Shown here piece after piece: positions 10,915 through 19,777 of a stretch of DNA of 64,000 nucleotides. Source of the stretch: Nitrospinaceae bacterium (GTDB lineage: Bacteria > Nitrospinota > Nitrospinia > Nitrospinales > Nitrospinaceae); NCBI GenBank assembly GCA_965223665.1, contig OZ245011.1:608001-672000 (forward strand), written 5' to 3'. A program made the translations under genes and the position numbers. Under the pieces are notes generated by a model, which did no database searches, was not told where the DNA came from, and worked only from the letters and a program-made list of their open reading frames with translations. Positions within the stretch are counted from its first letter, which is position 1. Every line of letters starts with the position of its first letter.

Positions 10915-11433
10915 ATGAGCATTAAAAAACCTGAACAGAGAATTCCACTCTTTCGAATAGGAAGAATTAACGAAATTAATAAAACACTTCCAGAAGGGTT
11001 GATCCTCATTACTAGTTACCCGGTGGATCCTAAATCCAATCTACCTAAGGATAGTTATGCATTAAAAATTGAAGACTCTTCAATGGAGCCTTTATTAAAA
11101 CCAGGAAGCGTTGCTGTATTTTCAAAATCAGAAACTAATATTAATGCTTTTGAAAAAGTTTATTTGTTGGGTTTCCGTGACCAATTGCCCAAGATCAGAA
11201 AAATTGTAAAGGAAGATATACATAATTCTGAAAATAAAATTAAGGAAATGAACTCTAAAAGAAAAAGTTTCATGACTCCCACACCGTTACATATTCCTAA
11301 AAGTTATGTGTCTCCTATTCCTGATTCATCCCACCAAATGTTTTTTTTGAAAGGGTTAAAAGAGGGGGCATCTCTTGAGATTTTTTCATTAAAAGACATA
11401 CTCTGGAAACATCCTTTGATTTGTGTTTATTAG
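10915..11433 (+). CDS. Peptidase S24 (LexA/UmuD C-terminal)-like protein without HTH
   Basis: YALKIEDSSMEP matches the S24 xxL.V.G.SM.P signature. Confidence 0.55.
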   Translation: MSIKKPEQRIPLFRIGRINEINKTLPEGLILITSYPVDPKSNLPKDSYALKIEDSSMEPLLKPGSVAVFSKSETNINAFEKVYLLGFRDQLPKIRKIVKEDIHNSENKIKEMNSKRKSFMTPTPLHIPKSYVSPIPDSSHQMFFLKGLKEGASLEIFSLKDILWKHPLICVY

Positions 11434-11448
11434 GAATTTTTTTGATAA

Positions 11449-12087
11449 TTAATTAAAAATTAATTTAATTAGTTTTCTGAAGGAATTTATACCCTTTTCT
11501 CTCCAGTCCATATTTGCAAACAAAGGATCATTAAGGGCGATAACTTCAATTAACTTAAGATACTTATTATTTTTGACAAACTTCCGAATATTGTCAGGTT
11601 CAAATACTGAGATTTTTGTAAAATTATCCTCTGTCCATTCCCATTCCCAGAGGTTTTCATTTTTAGCAAGGTGAATTTTAGAAAATTCCTGGTCGTTCTG
11701 ATTTTTTATAATTTTCTCCGTGTATTCTCCCAGCCGATCCCCTTTAAGGATTAGAGAAAATCCCAGATAATGTCCCCACCAAAATAATGTCCTGTAAGTA
11801 AAGAATTCTGTTTTGGAAAACTTTTGAGGGAGGTCCAAAGAAATAAAGGGAAATCCTTTATGGTTTTCCCCTCGAGCAATTTGACCTTTTACTAGATCAG
11901 TTTCTGGTGGGTAACGTTTAGGATTGATTTTCAATTCCTCTATTAAAGCTTTACGGAGAGCTTCGAGTTTTGATTCGGCTTTTTTCATGATTGTGGGTTT
12001 ATGTTTAAATAAATCCACTTCGTTAATTAGTTCAAATTCCTTTTCGGAAAAATTTTCATTTGGATCCATAAAATTTATTGGTTTCAA
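11449..12087 (-). CDS. Hypothetical protein
   Basis: 212-aa ORF with conserved-looking RGENHKGFPFISLDLP and YRTLFWWGH blocks. Confidence 0.7.
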   Translation of the reverse strand: MKPINFMDPNENFSEKEFELINEVDLFKHKPTIMKKAESKLEALRKALIEELKINPKRYPPETDLVKGQIARGENHKGFPFISLDLPQKFSKTEFFTYRTLFWWGHYLGFSLILKGDRLGEYTEKIIKNQNDQEFSKIHLAKNENLWEWEWTEDNFTKISVFEPDNIRKFVKNNKYLKLIEVIALNDPLFANMDWREKGINSFRKLIKLIFN

Positions 12088-12099
12088 AAATGGATAGGA

Positions 12100-12495
12100 T
12101 TATTGCTTTTTAGAGCGAATTTCTTTTTTTTGCCGATTTAAAATATATCGATGTATAACATTTCCTATTTCTTCAGACAAATCAATAAATGTACAATGGC
12201 ATATTATTCTTCTATCTATGGAAATAATTTTCGCCTTTGCCTCAATGACATGGGGGTAGTTTGGTAGTTTCAATAAAATAGGATAAATTATTTTGGATTT
12301 AAATGATTTCCCATTAAAAGAAAATCCAGTAGAACTTATTTCAATTGGAATTATTTTTTTATTTCCGATTTTAATAAATACCGGGTCACGGGGATCTGGG
12401 GAAATCCGAAAGGCATTTCGTGAGTCAAAAGGTGTGTTTATTAATCTAGAAGGACTCAGGTCTTGTTTATTTTTCTTTTTCCAAAACAAATTCAA
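12100..12495 (-). CDS. PilZ domain protein
   Basis: RNAFR (RxxxR), EISSTG (D/NxSxxG variant), C-terminal YILNRQK; overlaps the motB end. Confidence 0.75.
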   Translation of the reverse strand: MNLFWKKKNKQDLSPSRLINTPFDSRNAFRISPDPRDPVFIKIGNKKIIPIEISSTGFSFNGKSFKSKIIYPILLKLPNYPHVIEAKAKIISIDRRIICHCTFIDLSEEIGNVIHRYILNRQKKEIRSKKQ

Positions 12496-13966
12496 CCCTC
12501 CTATTGGTTGCTTGGCCTAATTCTGTAGAATTCGACGCTACAGGAAAAATATCTGCATATCCAGTGGCCGTTACTCGCTTTGGATTAATATTTTTATCAA
12601 TAAAATAGCGCAATACGGCCGTTGCTCTTGCGGCTGATAATTCCCAATTGGATGGAAATTTATCCGTTGAAATTGGCGAATCATCAGTATGCCCTTGAAT
12701 ATTTATTTTGTACTTTGGATATTTACTAATTATTCTAATTAATTCATCTAAAACCGGTCGACTTGATTTGATTTGTAGATCCGCACTACCAGGTTTAAAT
12801 AATGTTTGTCCGGGAACGGTTATGATAATTTTTGAACTGTCGGTAGAAACATCCATAACTGAGTTCAATGTTTCATCTTCTGCAACATGCTTTACTTCTG
12901 ATAGGATATCGTTGGTTTTAAGACCAGTTAATGCATCAATAGAATCTTTAGACTCCACAGCATCTAATAGCTCTAACAAGCCAATGCTAGCTTGATGTTG
13001 ACCTAAAATTGCCTCCTTGAATTTATTCATATTAATGGAGGCTAAAGAATAGTAAAGAACGAAAAATGTTAGAAGTAATGTTGTCATATCAGCATAGGTA
13101 GTAATCCAAGCATTGCTGGTTTTATCCTCCTGAATTTCTTCAATTGAGTCGATTACTTTTTCCCGTTTTTTATTAACTTTATTTTTTTTCCGCTTAAAGG
13201 ACTCTTTAACACTTCTTATTTCATGAGAAAGAGTGGCTTCAAATTGTCTTTTTTGTAGATTAAGTTCCTTTTCTAATTCGTCTTTCTCTTCTTTAACCTT
13301 GTTCAGTTCCTGGCGGATATTACCAACAATTTCCCCCGAAAATTCCAGGTCAGATTCGTTCTCTACGCTTTCCTGAATTAGCTTTTCATAGGACTCAATT
13401 AAGGCATCTTTCTCATTTAGTATTTCTTTAAATCGCCCTTGGAATTCTTCTGACGCGGTGTCTATGTATTTAGCTTGCTCTTTAATTTGATCAATAGGTG
13501 CCGATTCGTTACGGTATTTTTTTAACTCCTCTTCTAATAAACTTCTTTCCTGAATGAGTTTTTCTTTTTCAACTCTTTCAATGTTGATTTTTTTTATGAG
13601 CCGTCCATTCTTTTTTTTAAACTCTATCAATAACTCTTTAATCTGTTTTTTTAATTTGGATTCCTTATCTTTAACCGTAATCTCGTCTTTGACTTCTGAT
13701 TTGGGTTGAGTTTTTAGAGATATCGGCTCATTTGTTAAATTTCCAGGTTGGGAAAAATTTGTTCTTCTTAAAGATTTTTGATAGCGAATTTGCTCTTCTT
13801 TTTCTTCCAGGCGTTGTTGCATTTCGCTAATTTTTTTTCCAGAAACAGTCATCAAATGCTTTATTTTTGATTCTTGTTTGGCTCGATCAGCGTCCAATTT
13901 TTTTAATTCGACATTCTTACGTCTCAATTGTTCTTTTAATTGTTCTAGGCTTTGTCTGGTAGGCAT
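12467..13966 (-). CDS. motB: MotB/OmpA-family stator protein with long N-terminal coiled coil
   Basis: WITTYADMTTLLLTFF TM motif; GHTD, SNWELSAARA, NRRVE OmpA-like domain. Confidence 0.9.
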   Translation of the reverse strand: MPTRQSLEQLKEQLRRKNVELKKLDADRAKQESKIKHLMTVSGKKISEMQQRLEEKEEQIRYQKSLRRTNFSQPGNLTNEPISLKTQPKSEVKDEITVKDKESKLKKQIKELLIEFKKKNGRLIKKINIERVEKEKLIQERSLLEEELKKYRNESAPIDQIKEQAKYIDTASEEFQGRFKEILNEKDALIESYEKLIQESVENESDLEFSGEIVGNIRQELNKVKEEKDELEKELNLQKRQFEATLSHEIRSVKESFKRKKNKVNKKREKVIDSIEEIQEDKTSNAWITTYADMTTLLLTFFVLYYSLASINMNKFKEAILGQHQASIGLLELLDAVESKDSIDALTGLKTNDILSEVKHVAEDETLNSVMDVSTDSSKIIITVPGQTLFKPGSADLQIKSSRPVLDELIRIISKYPKYKINIQGHTDDSPISTDKFPSNWELSAARATAVLRYFIDKNINPKRVTATGYADIFPVASNSTELGQATNRRVEFVLEKEK

Positions 13967-13982
13967 AATAATTAAAATGTTT

Positions 13983-14768
13983 CTATACTATTCCTGGAGT
14001 GTGTGGAATAAATGGTCTTCTAGGTCTTCTTTTTTTAGCAGGAATAAAAGAAGAAAGTTTTTCATAGACAAACAAAGGGTTATTGTCTTCCAGAATGGAT
14101 ATGGCTCCTTCAAAAATAATTTCTAAATTCAAAACTTCAACCAGGGTACGATCTTTTAATTTCCCCGCGATAGGTAAAAAGAATAGTGTGGATAACAACA
14201 TTCCATAAAACGTAGTCAAAAGGGCGACTGCCATAGAAGGCCCAATGGTCTCGGGATTTGATAAAAGCTGAAGCATTTGAACTAAACCAATTAGAGTTCC
14301 CATCATTCCAAAAGAAGGTGCATAAGAGGCCATTTTTCTGAAAATATCTTGAATAATAAAATGTCGCTGTTTCATTGATTCAATTTCTATATGCAGGGTA
14401 TCTCTTATAAGGTCTTCTGATGACCCATCTGCAATCAAATTGCACGCTTTTCTTAATAAATCATCTTCTATTTCCATTCGACTTAATGCTACCAGACCCT
14501 GTCTTCGACTTATGGTTGAAAGCTCAATCATAGTTTCGACCATATCATTAGGATCTAACTTCTTTTCTGAGAAAACGAAAATAGCAGCTTTAAATGCCGC
14601 AATTACATCTTTTAATTGGAAGGTAATTAAAGTTGCGGCGACTGTTCCTCCTAGAACAATCATAAGGCCAGGTAAATTAAAAAAATTGTCTAAATCCCCT
14701 CCAAGAAATATGGCTGAAATAATCAAAAATAGCCCTGATAAAACTCCGAATAAGGAAGCAGCGTCCAA
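13983..14768 (-). CDS. motA: Stator protein MotA/PomA
   Basis: APSFGMMGTLIGLVQML, MAVALLTTFYG, PIAGKL. Confidence 0.93.
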   Translation of the reverse strand: MDAASLFGVLSGLFLIISAIFLGGDLDNFFNLPGLMIVLGGTVAATLITFQLKDVIAAFKAAIFVFSEKKLDPNDMVETMIELSTISRRQGLVALSRMEIEDDLLRKACNLIADGSSEDLIRDTLHIEIESMKQRHFIIQDIFRKMASYAPSFGMMGTLIGLVQMLQLLSNPETIGPSMAVALLTTFYGMLLSTLFFLPIAGKLKDRTLVEVLNLEIIFEGAISILEDNNPLFVYEKLSSFIPAKKRRPRRPFIPHTPGIV

Positions 14769-15012
14769 TTTATAAAAACCTATACATGTTGTTAAAAAAT
14801 TGTCTTTTGACTTGTTTTGGTCCTACAGGTTCACCAAAACAAATTATTTTAGGTGTACTTCTATTGTAGCTATAATTACTTGATTTTATTGAATGTTTTT
14901 TCTGCTGAATGAAAAAAACGAATCCCAATTATCCTTAACTTTGGGTTAAGCTGGCTAATTTCAAATATTTTTTAGGGAGGTTATTGAAAAAAAATATTCG
15001 GTTAAATAGAAA

Positions 15013-15897
15013 TCATCCCAAAATTAAAAGGGCTAGAGGAATAATGATTATTGAAGCTATGGTAGAAATTAGAATAGTGGAAGCCACCACTCTTGGATTG
15101 GCTTGATATTTTTGAGTGACTAAAAAATTTATAATTGCTGATGGCATGATGGCCACAAGGATGACGACCTTAAGAGCTAATCCTTCTAATTGAAAAACCC
15201 AAACACAAAATAATGCTGCAATTAATCCTCCAATCATTCGAAATGAAACAGCCAATAAGGATAAACGCATGTCCGTTATTTCTGCATGAGCGAGTTGCAT
15301 ACCTAATACCATTAAGACCATAGGTATGGTTGCTTGAGACAATAGATTAATGGGGTTGATAACGAAATCAGGTAACTCAATCCCGGTCCAACGAATTAAA
15401 AATGCCAAAATTAATACCCAAAAAACGGATTCTTTAAAAACTTGTCGGGCCCCTTTCCCGGCTCCTGAGACAATTACTAAACCTAATGTGAAAATTCCAA
15501 TAAACGTAGCAAAATAGAACATTAAGGCATATGGAATTGACTCAGTACCGTATGCCGCAATTAAAATAGGAAAAGGAAGATTTATGGTATTCATAAACAT
15601 TATGGGCAAGTAAATGCCTCTTTTTTCATTATTCTTTATAAAAAGCCAAGCGAGAACGCCTGGAAAAATAATTATTATTATTGCTGACAATAATACCGAT
15701 CCTACAACGAACCCATCTAAATTCATTTCATAAATATTTTTTAAAGCAAAGGCGGGGACCACAGTACTCATAGTCAATCGCGATAAACTTTTTATATCTC
15801 CCCCAACTTTGGATTGATAGAAATATCCAATTCCAATGATTAAAAAGGCGGGAGCCACGATCTGTATCACCTGGTAAATTTGAGGTAGCATCAACAA
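15013..15897 (-). CDS. AEC (auxin efflux carrier) family transporter
   Basis: About 10 TM segments, duplicated topology with FMNTINLPFP and MPSA motifs. Confidence 0.85.
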   Translation of the reverse strand: MLMLPQIYQVIQIVAPAFLIIGIGYFYQSKVGGDIKSLSRLTMSTVVPAFALKNIYEMNLDGFVVGSVLLSAIIIIIFPGVLAWLFIKNNEKRGIYLPIMFMNTINLPFPILIAAYGTESIPYALMFYFATFIGIFTLGLVIVSGAGKGARQVFKESVFWVLILAFLIRWTGIELPDFVINPINLLSQATIPMVLMVLGMQLAHAEITDMRLSLLAVSFRMIGGLIAALFCVWVFQLEGLALKVVILVAIMPSAIINFLVTQKYQANPRVVASTILISTIASIIIIPLALLILG

Positions 15898-15912
15898 CCT
15901 ATAAAAAGGAAT

Positions 15913-16881
15913 TCAATTTTCATAAAGATGGCAATGGACTATATGTCCTTCTTTCAATTGTATGGGTTTGGGTTCTACAGTTTTACAATGATCCATTACT
16001 TGAGGACAGCGCGGATGAAAGTGACAACCTTTAGGTGGATTTAAAGGCGAGGGGACATCTCCGGAAAGGATTTTTGCTTTTTGTTGATTTTCGGGATTAA
16101 TTGAGGGTTTAGCTGCTAAAAGAGCTTGAGTATAGGGGTGCGCGGCTTCTTCATTTAAAATTTTAGTTGGAGCTATTTCTACGATTTTTCCTAAATACAT
16201 TACAGCGGTTCTTTGAGAAAGGTATTTGACTACACTCAAATCATGAGAAATAAATAACATTGAAATATTATTTTCCTCTTTAAGCTGTTGAAGTAAGTTA
16301 ATTATTTGTGCTTGTATGGAAACATCTAAAGCCGATACAGGTTCGTCACAAACTATGTAACTAGGATTTAAAGCTAAGGCCCGGGCAATTCCAATTCTTT
16401 GACGTTGACCCCCAGAAAACTCATGAGGATAGCGTTTAGCATACTTTGAGGATAGTCCTACCTTTTCCATAATTTCATTTACTTTTTCTTTTATGGTATT
16501 GCGATTTCCTATCCCATGGATGTACATGGCTTCTCCAATTATTCTGTCCACTGTAAACCTTGGATTTAGAGAACTGTAGGGATCCTGGAAAATGATTTGC
16601 ATTTGTGGTCGAAGTTTATTCATTTCATTTTTACTAAGCCTAAAGATATCCTGACCATCAAAAAATACTCTTCCATCAGTCGGCTCAACAAGCCTTAGAG
16701 TCATTCTTCCGACAGTAGTTTTTCCACAACCCGACTCTCCAACCAGGCCCAATATTTCCCCCTTATTTATTTCTAAATTAACTCCATCGACCGCCTTTAC
16801 TTGACCGATTACTTTAGAAAAAATACCACCGAAAACCGGGAAATATTTTTTCAATCCTTCCATTTTTAAAAGAGAACTCAT
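15913..16881 (-). CDS. oppF: Oligopeptide/dipeptide ABC transporter ATPase (OppF/DppF)
   Basis: [17 protein letters not shown]-terminal [10 protein letters not shown]; start at MSSLLK overlapping the upstream stop. Confidence 0.9.
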   Translation of the reverse strand: MSSLLKMEGLKKYFPVFGGIFSKVIGQVKAVDGVNLEINKGEILGLVGESGCGKTTVGRMTLRLVEPTDGRVFFDGQDIFRLSKNEMNKLRPQMQIIFQDPYSSLNPRFTVDRIIGEAMYIHGIGNRNTIKEKVNEIMEKVGLSSKYAKRYPHEFSGGQRQRIGIARALALNPSYIVCDEPVSALDVSIQAQIINLLQQLKEENNISMLFISHDLSVVKYLSQRTAVMYLGKIVEIAPTKILNEEAAHPYTQALLAAKPSINPENQQKAKILSGDVPSPLNPPKGCHFHPRCPQVMDHCKTVEPKPIQLKEGHIVHCHLYEN

Positions 16882-17861
16882 GAGAGTGCCTTTGATTGTT
16901 CGAATAACCAACATGCAACTTTGTGATCCAGATTAGAACCCTCAAAATTAGGCGGAATTTTTTCCGAACAGTGAGGCATGACCTCTGGGCATCTGGGATG
17001 GAAAGCGCAGCCATTGGGTAGATGTGCAGGGTTGGGAACTACTCCGGAAATAGATTCCAGAATTTTATTGGATTGGTCATTGGGTAACGACTTTAATAAT
17101 CCCTTTGTATAAGGATGAGAAGGATTTATGAATAAGGACTTTACAGGAGCTTCTTCAACAATTTTACCGGCATACATTACTGCGACTCGATTTGCATACT
17201 GAGCAACAATCCCCAAATTATGAGTTATCAGTAAAATTGACATATTATTTTCGTTTTTTAACTGATCCAACAATTCCAGAATTTGAGCTTGAATAGTTAC
17301 ATCTAAAGCTGTGGTAGGTTCATCGGCAATTAATAAGGAAGGATTACAAGCAATTCCCATGGCAATCATTACCCTTTGCTTCATTCCTCCTGACAATTCA
17401 TGAGGATATTGATGAATTCTGTTTTCTGGGCTAGGAATGGCAACTTTTTTTAAAAGAACTAATGCCAGTTGATATGCTTCTTTTTTGGTTTTGTTTTGAT
17501 GGAGCATTATAGCTTCAGAAATTTGATCTCCAATAGTAAAAATTGGGTTGAGTGAAGTCATGGGTTCTTGAAAAATCATACTGATTTCGTTTCCACGAAT
17601 TTGACGCATTTCTGGTTCAGTCAGGGAAAGTAAATTTTTCCCCTTATATAAAATTTCACCACTTGCAAAATAAGCGGGAGGAATCGGTAAAATCTGTAGA
17701 ATGCTTAAAGCGGTTACTGATTTACCACAACCTGATTCACCTACCAAAGCCAATGTTTCTCCAGGTTGAATATTTAAATCCAAATTTCGTACCGAACGGA
17801 CAACTCCTTCTTCAGTGTCGAAATGCGTACTAAGATTTTTTATTTGTAGAAGAGGGTTCAT
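16878..17861 (-). CDS. oppD: Oligopeptide/dipeptide ABC transporter ATPase (OppD/DppD)
   Basis: [35 protein letters not shown]. Confidence 0.9.
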   Translation of the reverse strand: MNPLLQIKNLSTHFDTEEGVVRSVRNLDLNIQPGETLALVGESGCGKSVTALSILQILPIPPAYFASGEILYKGKNLLSLTEPEMRQIRGNEISMIFQEPMTSLNPIFTIGDQISEAIMLHQNKTKKEAYQLALVLLKKVAIPSPENRIHQYPHELSGGMKQRVMIAMGIACNPSLLIADEPTTALDVTIQAQILELLDQLKNENNMSILLITHNLGIVAQYANRVAVMYAGKIVEEAPVKSLFINPSHPYTKGLLKSLPNDQSNKILESISGVVPNPAHLPNGCAFHPRCPEVMPHCSEKIPPNFEGSNLDHKVACWLFEQSKALS

Positions 17862-17950
17862 CCCTTGCTCATTAGGATAAAAGCGGGTGTACGGTGGTGG
17901 GGAAACTTAAAATAAAAACTCTGAGAATCAATAGTTCTATTCATGAAATT

Positions 17951-18817
17951 TTACTCGTTTCCGAGTATGTCTTCGTAGCGGTAATCATCGTCCTCTTCAT
18001 CAATATCATATCGTGCCATTTTGGTATCAATACTTTCAGCCCAGGCATCAATACCTCCTTGAAGCCCTCTTGTATTTTTTAGCCCTTTTTGAGAAAGAAA
18101 TTTTTGAAAGCTCGGACTTCGGTCTCCCTTCCAATCAATTATTACAATATTTTTATCAGAGCTTAATGCTGAAACAATGTTATCAAAATTTTCTCGGTTG
18201 ATAAGAGTAGCAACTTTAATTTGTGCAATATCATGTTCCCATTGCTCACGGATATCTAATAGAACAAGATTTGGATCTTTGCTTTGAATGAGTTTATTTA
18301 AATCCTCTGGAGAAATGGTGGGAGATTGTTTGTTGGCCACCTCAGAATTGATAGCGGCTAATACCTCACCAATCTTTTTTCCATTTTTTTCACATACTGA
18401 AAATATTGTTTCCTCAGAATCATATCCTGAAACGGGCATTCCAATATGAAAGTTTTTAAATAGATAAGTATGAATTTCAGGAAAAACTTTATTTACCTCA
18501 GTCATGCGAGTGTCAGGATGGAAGGTAGTATGTATTTCCTCTTCCTCAATTTCCGTTATCATTAAAATATGATAGCCATATGGAGAATGTACTGGACCTA
18601 AAATTTTCCCTTGATCATTGGATGAAACCTCACCAATGAGTGAGTTAGCGTTTTCTTCAGGCATCCAACCAAGATCTCCTCCATTTTCCTTTGAAGGACA
18701 AGTGCTGTATTTATCAACAACTTCTGTAAAAGATACACCGGAATCTAATAGTTTTTTAGCTGCAACAGCATCATCTGCTGAATGAGTGAATATTTGGCTT
18801 GCACGTACCTTAACCAT
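17951..18817 (-). CDS. Parvulin PPIase fused to a DUF1858-like helical domain and a rhodanese-like domain
   Basis: STCPSKENGGDLGW and GPVHSPYGYHI (parvulin); LLDIREQWE...LQGGIDAW (rhodanese). Confidence 0.85.
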   Translation of the reverse strand: MVKVRASQIFTHSADDAVAAKKLLDSGVSFTEVVDKYSTCPSKENGGDLGWMPEENANSLIGEVSSNDQGKILGPVHSPYGYHILMITEIEEEEIHTTFHPDTRMTEVNKVFPEIHTYLFKNFHIGMPVSGYDSEETIFSVCEKNGKKIGEVLAAINSEVANKQSPTISPEDLNKLIQSKDPNLVLLDIREQWEHDIAQIKVATLINRENFDNIVSALSSDKNIVIIDWKGDRSPSFQKFLSQKGLKNTRGLQGGIDAWAESIDTKMARYDIDEEDDDYRYEDILGNE

Positions 18818-19019
18818 TTAAAACTCCTACGAAATACATGAAAATAAATTGATTGGTGATTATCATATAATTTCTTCAATACAGAATCAAGGTATTCACT
18901 TAGGGATATAAGTGAGGTCAATTTAATGGCAATTACTGGTTTTTCTATTGTAAAGATTGCTTATTAAAGAACTAATAAAAACAAAATAAAAACGATGCAA
19001 TTCCTTCCCGCTGGGTAGA

Positions 19020-19478
19020 TTATTTAATTCTGCCTTCCTCTATATCATATACATCGAACCAAACATAAACCGGTGGAAACTTAGGGAGATTTTTGGGAAT
19101 ATATTCTTCTAAGTACTCTTGTCCAAATTCTTCCATTTCACTTAAACGCATATCCCGCATTTTATTATTCCACTTAATAATTTCTAATTTATCTTTTATT
19201 TTAGATTGTGTTTGAAACCAATTGGCCACTTCCTGGTCACTGGCTCCAGTAGAAACAAATTCTTTGAGCTTGTCATGATTAATCCCCGAAAACTTTTCGA
19301 GTTGCTCACAAAGAGAACATGGCCAAAAATTATATTCCCCATTCGTTCCCATTAAAAAGGCGCGACATTTGTCGACACACCTTGCCAAAATAACAAAGTC
19401 TCCCAATAATTCCCTTGGACTTCTGGGAGGTTGCGTTCTCAAATCAGTTACCAGTGTTTTTATTTTTTCCTGATTCAT
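19020..19478 (-). CDS. DUF5069-like protein
   Basis: DLR..PPRSPRE.LG..VILARCVDKCRA...GEY, C-terminal DIEEGR. Confidence 0.7.
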   Translation of the reverse strand: MNQEKIKTLVTDLRTQPPRSPRELLGDFVILARCVDKCRAFLMGTNGEYNFWPCSLCEQLEKFSGINHDKLKEFVSTGASDQEVANWFQTQSKIKDKLEIIKWNNKMRDMRLSEMEEFGQEYLEEYIPKNLPKFPPVYVWFDVYDIEEGRIK

Positions 19479-19777
19479 TTGGGTTGAATTCCTTTGATTT
19501 TAGTTAATTTAAAAGAAAATTTCTGAGTAAATAAAAACGCTCAACCAGAGAAGAAAAAATTTAATTAGATAAGGTTTAGAATTAGATAGAACTTAATCGA
19601 AATAAAATATTGACAATCCAATAAATTAATTTAAAGATACAGAAAAATTTGTGGATTACGCTCTGAATTATAAGCCATTAAACGCTTAATATATCATTAA
19701 CTTATTTAAAAAATAATCTATGGCACCTGATAAATAAAGGTTTAAATTTAAATGTTTAATTTTTGAGGAGAAATAAA

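Noticed and set aside
12467-14768. Zorya defence system
   Set aside because: MotA is normal length with flagellar-type motifs, the long tail is on MotB, and no zorC/D/E genes are present
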